This document shows positions 46,253 through 53,263 of a stretch of 53,263 nucleotides of DNA, one piece after another. The notes below the pieces were generated by a model. That model had not been told where the DNA came from. It searched no databases and saw only the letters and a program-made list of their open reading frames with translations. The first letter of the stretch is position 1. Every line of letters starts with the position of its first letter. Source of the stretch: Chloroflexota bacterium (GTDB lineage: Bacteria; Chloroflexota; Limnocylindria; Limnocylindrales; CSP1-4); assembly GCA_040882425.1 (NCBI GenBank), contig JBBEBJ010000197.1, forward strand, positions 6,632 to 59,894. The letters run 5' to 3'. A program made the translations under genes and the position numbers.

Positions 46253-47364
46253 CCGGTGCGATCCAGTCGGTCATCACGATCGTCCTGTTCATCCTGATCC
46301 TCGGCGCGCTCGTCGTCATCCACGAGCTCGGCCACTTCGTGACGGCGCGGCTGGCCAACGTCCGGGTCCTGGAGTTCGGGGTCGGCTTCCCGCCACGGGC
46401 CAAGGTCCTCCGGTCGAAGGGCGAGACCCTGTACACACTCAACTGGCTGCCGATCGGCGGGTTCGTCAAGCTCGAGGGCGAGGACGGTAACGACGCCGAC
46501 GATCCACGCTCGTTCGCCGCCCAGGGTCTCGGCAGGAAGCTCGTGATCCTCGTGGCCGGCGTCGCGATGAACGTCGTCCTCGCGTTTACGATCTTCGCGG
46601 GCATGGCCTGGCTGGCCACCCCAAACGTCGGCGTCAGGTTCCACGAGGTGCAGCCGGGATCGCCCGCGGCCCAGGCCGGCCTGGTGCCGGGTGATGCCAT
46701 CGTCGCGGTCGACGATCAGCGCTACGAGTTCTTCGGCGACGACTCGATCCTCGATGGGATCCGTGGCCGCGCCGGCCAGGACGTTATCCTGACGATCGAC
46801 CACGCCGACGGCTCGCGGGCCGACGTCCCGGTGGCGCTGCGGCCACCCCAGGAGATCAACGAGAACCAGGGCGCGCTCGGGATCAGCTCGTCGGAGGAGC
46901 AGCCGTTCGAGGCCTACTTCTCCGGGGAGTACACCGGGCGAGACCTGCCCGCTGCCGTGTCGATCGGTGCCCGTGAGACCGGTCGAGCGCTTGGTCTGAT
47001 CCTCAACGGACTCGGTGCGCTCGTGGGTTCGTTCGCCTCGGATCCGACGGCCGCACCACCGGTCGCCGGTCCCATCGGCATCGCCACCCAGATCGGGGAC
47101 ATCTTCTGGAACGCGGGGCCGATCCTGACGCTCTACGTCGCGGGGATCCTGTCGGCCAACCTGGCACTGGTCAACATCCTGCCATTCCCGCCGCTCGACG
47201 GCGGTCGGATGCTGGTCATCACGCTCAAGCGGATCTTCGGCGCGCGGATCAGCCTTCGGGCCGAACAGCTCACCTATCTCGTGGGGTTCATCTTCCTGTT
47301 CGTCTTCCTCATCTGGGTCACCGGCTTCGACATCATCCGCAGCCTGGGTGGCGCCGGCTCGTGA
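46249..47364 (+). CDS. rseP: RIP metalloprotease RseP (site-2 protease, M50)
   Basis: HELGHF, one PDZ-like segment, [12 protein letters not shown]. The ATG overlaps the dxr stop (ATGA). Confidence 0.92.
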   Translation: MTGAIQSVITIVLFILILGALVVIHELGHFVTARLANVRVLEFGVGFPPRAKVLRSKGETLYTLNWLPIGGFVKLEGEDGNDADDPRSFAAQGLGRKLVILVAGVAMNVVLAFTIFAGMAWLATPNVGVRFHEVQPGSPAAQAGLVPGDAIVAVDDQRYEFFGDDSILDGIRGRAGQDVILTIDHADGSRADVPVALRPPQEINENQGALGISSSEEQPFEAYFSGEYTGRDLPAAVSIGARETGRALGLILNGLGALVGSFASDPTAAPPVAGPIGIATQIGDIFWNAGPILTLYVAGILSANLALVNILPFPPLDGGRMLVITLKRIFGARISLRAEQLTYLVGFIFLFVFLIWVTGFDIIRSLGGAGS

Positions 47365-48674
47365 GCGGTCAGGAGGCCCTCCGTCCGCGGCGGCGCCCCA
47401 CCGTCAGCGTCGACGTCGGGGGTGTCCTCGTCGGGAGCGCCCATCCGATCGTCGTCCAGTCGATGACCAACACGGACACGGCGGACGCGGACGGGACCGC
47501 GATCCAGGTCGCCAGGCTGGCCCACGCCGGCTCACAGCTGGTACGGGTGACGGTCAACACCGACGCGGCCGCGGCCGCAGTGCCGGAGATGGTCCAAAAG
47601 GTACGCGACCTCGGGGTCGATGTCCCGATCATCGGCGACTTCCACTACAACGGGCACAAGCTCCTCGCCGAGTACCCGGAAACGGCCGCCGCCCTCGCCA
47701 AATACCGGATCAACCCGGGCAACGTCGGCGGCAAGCGTCACGACGAGAACTTCTCCACGATCGTGCGGATCGCGACCGACAACGACAAGCCCGTGCGGAT
47801 CGGGGTCAACTGGGGGTCGCTCGACCAGGCGATCCTGACCGAGCTGATGGACCTCAACGCCCGGGCCCCCGAGCCGCGCGACGCGCGCGACGTAATGATC
47901 GAGGCGATGCTCGAGTCGGCGATGCGTTCGGCCGAGCTCGCCGAGGAAACCGGGCTTGGCCATGACCGCATCATCCTGTCGGCCAAGGTGTCGGGCGTCC
48001 GCGATCTGGTTGACGTCTACCGGCTGCTGGCCGAGCGCAGCGACTACCCGCTGCACCTGGGTCTGACCGAGGCGGGGATGGGCGACAAGGGGATCGTGGC
48101 CTCCACCGCCGGCCTCGCCATCCTGCTCAACGAGGGGATCGGGGACACGATCCGCGTCTCATTGACCCCGGACCCCGGCGCGCCCCGCGAGCGAGAGGTC
48201 GAGGTCGCCCAGCAGGTGCTGCAGTCGATGGGCCTGCGCTCGTTCCTGCCGCAGGTCAGCGCCTGCCCCGGGTGCGGGCGAACGACGTCCACGTTCTTCC
48301 AGGAGATGGCCCAGCAGATCCAGAGCTACCTCAAGGAGCGGATGCCGGAGTGGCGCGAGACTCACCCGGGCGCCGAGGAGCTGCGCGTCGCGGTGATGGG
48401 CTGCGTGGTCAACGGCCCGGGAGAGTCGAAGCACGCGGACATCGGGATCAGCCTGCCGGGCACCTTCGAGGAGCCCGTGGCCCCAGTCTTCATCGACGGC
48501 CGCCTCGACCGGACCCTGCGCGGCGATGGCCTGGTCGCCGAGTTCATCGGGATCCTCGAGGACTACGTGGCGCGACGGTTCCCCGCGCCGCCGGCCGCTG
48601 ACCAGCCTGCGCCCGGCGAGGGGGCAGCCGCCGAGGCCGTCCCAGGTGAGCCCGCTCGCGCCGGACGAGGATAG
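47361..48674 (+). CDS. ispG: 4-hydroxy-3-methylbut-2-enyl diphosphate synthase
   Basis: [36 protein letters not shown] start overlaps the rseP stop (GTGA). The tail is Pro/Ala-rich. Confidence 0.94.
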   Translation: MSGQEALRPRRRPTVSVDVGGVLVGSAHPIVVQSMTNTDTADADGTAIQVARLAHAGSQLVRVTVNTDAAAAAVPEMVQKVRDLGVDVPIIGDFHYNGHKLLAEYPETAAALAKYRINPGNVGGKRHDENFSTIVRIATDNDKPVRIGVNWGSLDQAILTELMDLNARAPEPRDARDVMIEAMLESAMRSAELAEETGLGHDRIILSAKVSGVRDLVDVYRLLAERSDYPLHLGLTEAGMGDKGIVASTAGLAILLNEGIGDTIRVSLTPDPGAPREREVEVAQQVLQSMGLRSFLPQVSACPGCGRTTSTFFQEMAQQIQSYLKERMPEWRETHPGAEELRVAVMGCVVNGPGESKHADIGISLPGTFEEPVAPVFIDGRLDRTLRGDGLVAEFIGILEDYVARRFPAPPAADQPAPGEGAAAEAVPGEPARAGRG

Positions 48675-48876
48675 GCGTCGAGCTTCGAGCCCGGAGCGAC
48701 CGAGGCATGCACGGCGGCGAGGACTCCGGGAATCTGCCAGATGTCGGGCTGGTGCCCGTGAGGCGTGAATCCGCGCGGTCCAGGGCCGAGAGCGCCGCGC
48801 CACCGGATCCAGGCCGCGGTGCGATCCAGCGCGCCGGCAGGGCGGTCCGGTCGACCGCCAGTCCAGGCCTGGTTCG

Positions 48877-48905
48877 TTGAGCGTCCACCCTTCCGGGTGT
48901 ATACT
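48877..48905 (+). promoter_or_regulatory. candidate sigma-A type promoter of the nusA operon (TTGAGC-17 nt-TATACT)
   Basis: -35 TTGAGC at 48877-82, a 17-nt spacer and -10 TATACT at 48900-05, followed by tcgcg. This is the third TATACTYCGCG occurrence in the window. Confidence 0.5.
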
Positions 48906-48932
48906 TCGCGTCAACTGAACGGCCGCTCCGCG

Positions 48933-48960
48933 ACGTGGGTGACCCCCACGTTTCTTTTTT
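48933..48960 (+). terminator. intrinsic terminator inside the nusA 5' leader (attenuator candidate)
   Basis: A 7-bp stem (ACGTGGG 48933-39 pairing with CCCACGT 48945-51) and 5-nt loop TGACC are followed by TTCTTTTTT at 48952-60. This is the longest T-run I saw in the window. It lies 46 nt upstream of the nusA GTG. Confidence 0.75.
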
Positions 48961-49006
48961 GAGCGGGCCGCGAATACGCAACATCGCACAAAGAACGGAG
49001 GTCATC

Positions 49007-50482
49007 GTGAGTCGTGACTTCGTCGGTGCCCTCCTCCAGCTCAACGCCGAAAAGCAGATCTCGCGCGAGCAGCTGATCGGTGCGGTCGAGGACGGCATCC
49101 AGTCGGCGTATCGGCGGGTCGCCGGGGACGAGGACATCCACGTGCGGATCGATGCCGAAACTGGCAAGATCCGCGTCTTCCGCGCGCGCCGCGTCGTCGG
49201 CGAGATCGAGGACGAATTCACCGAGATGTCGGTCGAACAGGCGCATGCCATCGACCCCGCGGCGGGGGTCGGCGATCTCGTCGAGACCGAGCAGCTCGAC
49301 GGCGACGTCTTCGGGCGGATCGGCGCCCAGACGGCAAAGCAGATCGTGCTCCAGCGGATCCGTGAGGTCGAGCGCGACCAGGTCTTTGACCAGTTCGCGA
49401 GCCGCGAAGGCGAGCTGATGACCGGGACCGTCAACCGGGTCGAGCCGCGCGCGATCATCCTCGACGTCGGCAAGAACGTGGAAGCCATCCTCGCCACAAC
49501 CGAGCAGTCCGCGCTCGAGCACTACCGGATCGGCCAGAACGTCAAGGCGTTCGTGCTCGAGGTCCGGCGCTCGACCAAGGGGCCGCAGATCTTCGTCAGC
49601 CGCACCCACAAGGGCTTCCTCAAGCGCCTCTTTGAGCTCGAGGTCCCGGAGATCCACAACGGTACCGTCGAGATCAAGGCGATTGCCCGCGAGGCCGGCA
49701 GCCGATCGAAGGTCGCCGTCGCCTCGCGCCAGGAGGGTCTCGATCCGGTCGGTGCGACGGTCGGGCAGCGCGGAGCGCGAGTGCAGGCCGTCGTTGCCGA
49801 GCTCTCGGGCGAGAAGATCGACGTCATCCCGTGGAGCGACGACCCCGCCGTGTTCGTGGCCAATGCCCTGAGCCCGGCGCAGGTGATCTCGGTCGACATC
49901 GACGAGGAGCACCGCATCGCGAGCGTCACCGTTCCGGAGCGGATGCTCTCGCTGGCGATCGGCCGGGAAGGGCAGAACGCCCGCCTGGCGGCCCGGCTGA
50001 CCGGCTGGCGGATCGACATCCGGAGCGACGTGTCCGTGGCCGAGGCCAAGGCCGCCGCGGATGCCGGGATCGCCGCCGTCGCGCCTGCGCCGAAGAGGAA
50101 TGTCGTCCCGGTTCCGACGGATGCGACGGGGGTATCCACCCTCGCCGAGACGCCCGCGGGTGCAGTCAATGCGGTCGTCGAGAGCGCGAAGCCAAAGCGC
50201 ACCACGAAGAAGGCCGCCGCCGCGGCAACAACCGAAGTCGAAGCGACCGGAGCGGCCGACGGCGCCGTGGAGACCGCCGTTCCCGCCGGGACGGCGAAGT
50301 CGCGGCGAACCTCGGCCAGGACGGCGAAGGCGGCGGCCGAAGCGATCCCCAGCGCGGCTGTGCCGACACCCACCGCCGCGGAATCGACACCACGCGCGGC
50401 AACCCATGAACCCGAACCCGCCAAGCCGAAGCGCGCCCGCAAGGTCGCGGCCAAGGCCGGCGCCGAGGAGGTGGCGTCGTAG
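49007..50482 (+). CDS. nusA: transcription termination/antitermination factor NusA with a ~140-aa basic Ala/Lys/Pro-rich tail
   Basis: GGAGG lies 5 nt upstream of GTG 49007. VSRDFVGALLQLNAEKQISREQL, S1 domain (GELMTGTVNRVE), two KH domains (DPVGATVGQRGARVQAV, GREGQNARLAARLTGWRIDI). Confidence 0.94.
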   Translation: MSRDFVGALLQLNAEKQISREQLIGAVEDGIQSAYRRVAGDEDIHVRIDAETGKIRVFRARRVVGEIEDEFTEMSVEQAHAIDPAAGVGDLVETEQLDGDVFGRIGAQTAKQIVLQRIREVERDQVFDQFASREGELMTGTVNRVEPRAIILDVGKNVEAILATTEQSALEHYRIGQNVKAFVLEVRRSTKGPQIFVSRTHKGFLKRLFELEVPEIHNGTVEIKAIAREAGSRSKVAVASRQEGLDPVGATVGQRGARVQAVVAELSGEKIDVIPWSDDPAVFVANALSPAQVISVDIDEEHRIASVTVPERMLSLAIGREGQNARLAARLTGWRIDIRSDVSVAEAKAAADAGIAAVAPAPKRNVVPVPTDATGVSTLAETPAGAVNAVVESAKPKRTTKKAAAAATTEVEATGAADGAVETAVPAGTAKSRRTSARTAKAAAEAIPSAAVPTPTAAESTPRAATHEPEPAKPKRARKVAAKAGAEEVAS

Positions 50483-50577
50483 CCCGGGCGGTCCGGGCCG
50501 TCGCTCCGCGACGCGTCCCCAATCGCTCCTGCGTCGCCTGTCGGACGGTTCGTCCGAAGCGAGAACTGCTGCGCGTC

Positions 50578-50791
50578 GTGCGGAACGCGGCCGGCGACGT
50601 CTCCGTCGACCCGAGCGGGCGTGCGGCGGGTCGCGGCGCGTACGTGTGCCGGACCGCAGAATGTACCGATATCGCCATCAAGAAAGGCGCCCTCAACCGG
50701 GCGCTGAGAACCCCGCTCCCGGCGGACCTGCGCGCGGCGCTGGTGGCCGGAATCGCGGATCCGTTACACACGACGACCGAAGGAGGAGCCC

Positions 50792-50805
<14 letters not shown>
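50578..50805 (+). CDS. ylxR: YlxR/RnpM family (DUF448) protein. Coordinates run from the first canonical start, but the conserved N-terminus is encoded upstream.
   Basis: GRGAYVC and KKGALNRAL motifs. It holds the conserved position between nusA and infB. The same frame upstream (from 50410) encodes RSCVACRTVRPKRELLRVV without any start codon. Confidence 0.75.
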
Positions 50806-52696
<1,891 letters not shown>

Positions 52697-52840
52697 GATG
52701 ACCGGGGTATTGCCTTGCCGCCGCTACGACGGTGCAGGCCAAGGCGGAGCTGAGCACGGGAGCGAGCGCACCCCGAGGTGCGTGAGCGAGCGCGCGGAGG
52801 TGACAACGCGGGCATGCGCCGCCGTAGCGGTGGCCGTGGT

Positions 52841-53263
52841 ATGAGCCAGAGGACTGAGCGGGTTGGCGAGCTGTTGCGGCAGGAGATCGGGTCGATCATC
52901 ACTCGTGACGTTGCCGATCCGAGGGTCGGGTTCGCCACGATCACGTCGGTCGAGACGACGCCCGACCTGCGTCACGCCAAGGTCTGGATCAGCGTCATCG
53001 GCCAGCCCGCCGAGCGGGACGCCACCATGGTCGCCCTGCGGCGGGCGATGCCGTTCATCCGGCACGAGCTGGGTACACGCCTGCGGATCAAGCGGATTCC
53101 GGATCTGCACGTCCACCTCGACGACACGGCCGAACGGGGCACCCGGGTCCTGCAGCTGCTCAGCGAGCTCGAGGCCGGCGTGATCCCGGAGTCCGACGCG
53201 CCACTCGGCGAGTCGTTGCCGACTCCCGTGGCGCGGCTCCCGCATCCGGGCGACTTGCCGATC
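52841..53263 (+). CDS. rbfA: ribosome-binding factor A (3' end beyond the window)
   Basis: It is not in the supplied ORF track because there is no stop inside the window. ATG 52841 (an in-frame alternative ATG is at 52814) opens MSQRTERVGELLRQEIGSIITRDVADPRVGFATITSVETTPDLRHAKVWISV... The frame stays open for 141 codons to the last base. It holds the conserved position after infB. Confidence 0.9.
   Translation, partial: MSQRTERVGELLRQEIGSIITRDVADPRVGFATITSVETTPDLRHAKVWISVIGQPAERDATMVALRRAMPFIRHELGTRLRIKRIPDLHVHLDDTAERGTRVLQLLSELEAGVIPESDAPLGESLPTPVARLPHPGDLPI

Noticed and set aside
48675-48876. Possible rimP remnant or small gene in the gap between ispG and nusA (ATG 48707, 57 codons; ORF 48765..48962, 65 aa).
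   Set aside because: There are no RimP-like motifs. The space is too short for a ~150-aa RimP. Third-position bias is weaker than in neighbouring genes. ORF 48765..48962 runs through the predicted promoter and terminator.
50410-50482. Programmed -1 frameshift producing a NusA-YlxR fusion, as an explanation for the start-less ylxR N-terminus.
   Set aside because: There is no slippery heptamer and no obvious downstream pseudoknot in the 73-nt overlap. It is kept only as a remote alternative in the ylxR finding.
52698-52844. A 48-codon ORF (ATG 52698 to TGA 52842-44) bridges the infB stop and the rbfA ATG with an ATGA overlap. A CGCACC-ccga-GGTGCG hairpin (52767-82) is flanked by direct GAGCGAGCGC repeats (52760-69 and 52784-93). 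This is where Firmicutes carry ylxP (DUF503).
   Set aside because: The product (MTGVLPCRRYDGAGQGG...) has no DUF503 resemblance, has only moderate third-position bias and has no SD. The hairpin is more likely an intercistronic RNA structure. Function is not supported from sequence alone.

Overview
This is a very GC-rich bacterial chromosome segment (about 70 percent G+C by eye, not computed). It is almost entirely housekeeping genes. I call about 55 protein genes. All but three are on the + strand, and many are joined by 1-4 nt start/stop overlaps.

Gene order:
- LCP envelope protein (-)
- ileS-lspA-rluD-gmk-priA, then a hypothetical
- def-fmt-rlmN-rpe-dtd
- rpmB (-)
- asp23-DAK2-recG-rsmD-coaD, a coiled-coil protein, yceD, a tandem GNAT
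- rpmF-plsX-asp23-nusB-acpP-rnc-smc, then ftsY
- MFS transporter (-, frameshifted)
- ffh, a DUF3352-like membrane protein, rpsP, a KH protein, rimM-trmD
- rplS, rnhB, yraN, a NUDIX hydrolase
- rpsB-tsf-pyrH-frr-uppS-cdsA-dxr-rseP-ispG
- nusA-ylxR-infB-rbfA

rbfA runs off the window end, so it is missing from the supplied ORF track. The order follows the conserved Firmicutes/Terrabacteria backbone. The short EF-Ts (about 199 aa), the compact IF-2 and the variant IleRS suggest a Chloroflexota- or deep Actinomycetota-like lineage, but that cannot be settled without a database search.

I found no rRNA, tRNA, CRISPR array, transposase or integrase, and no recognisable defence or toxin genes. I did not find a convincing new multi-gene system. 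The items most worth a second look are:
1. A promoter-proximal intrinsic terminator in the nusA leader, with rimP absent.
2. A ylxR whose conserved CxxC N-terminus has no usable start codon.
3. An uncharacterised ~107-aa C-terminal extension on Rpe.
4. An RNase HII lacking the GRG junction-recognition motif.
5. Eight genes with a TANNNT box 6-9 nt upstream of the start and no Shine-Dalgarno, suggesting leaderless transcripts.
6. A seven-unit 24-bp tandem repeat in the long gap at the 5' end of the window.
7. A single-base frameshift in the MFS gene.
8. A perfect 20-bp palindrome that contains both stop codons of the convergent ftsY and MFS genes.

Many ORF-track N-termini are over-extended into upstream genes. 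Where motifs, Shine-Dalgarno sites or overlaps allowed, I give trimmed starts.
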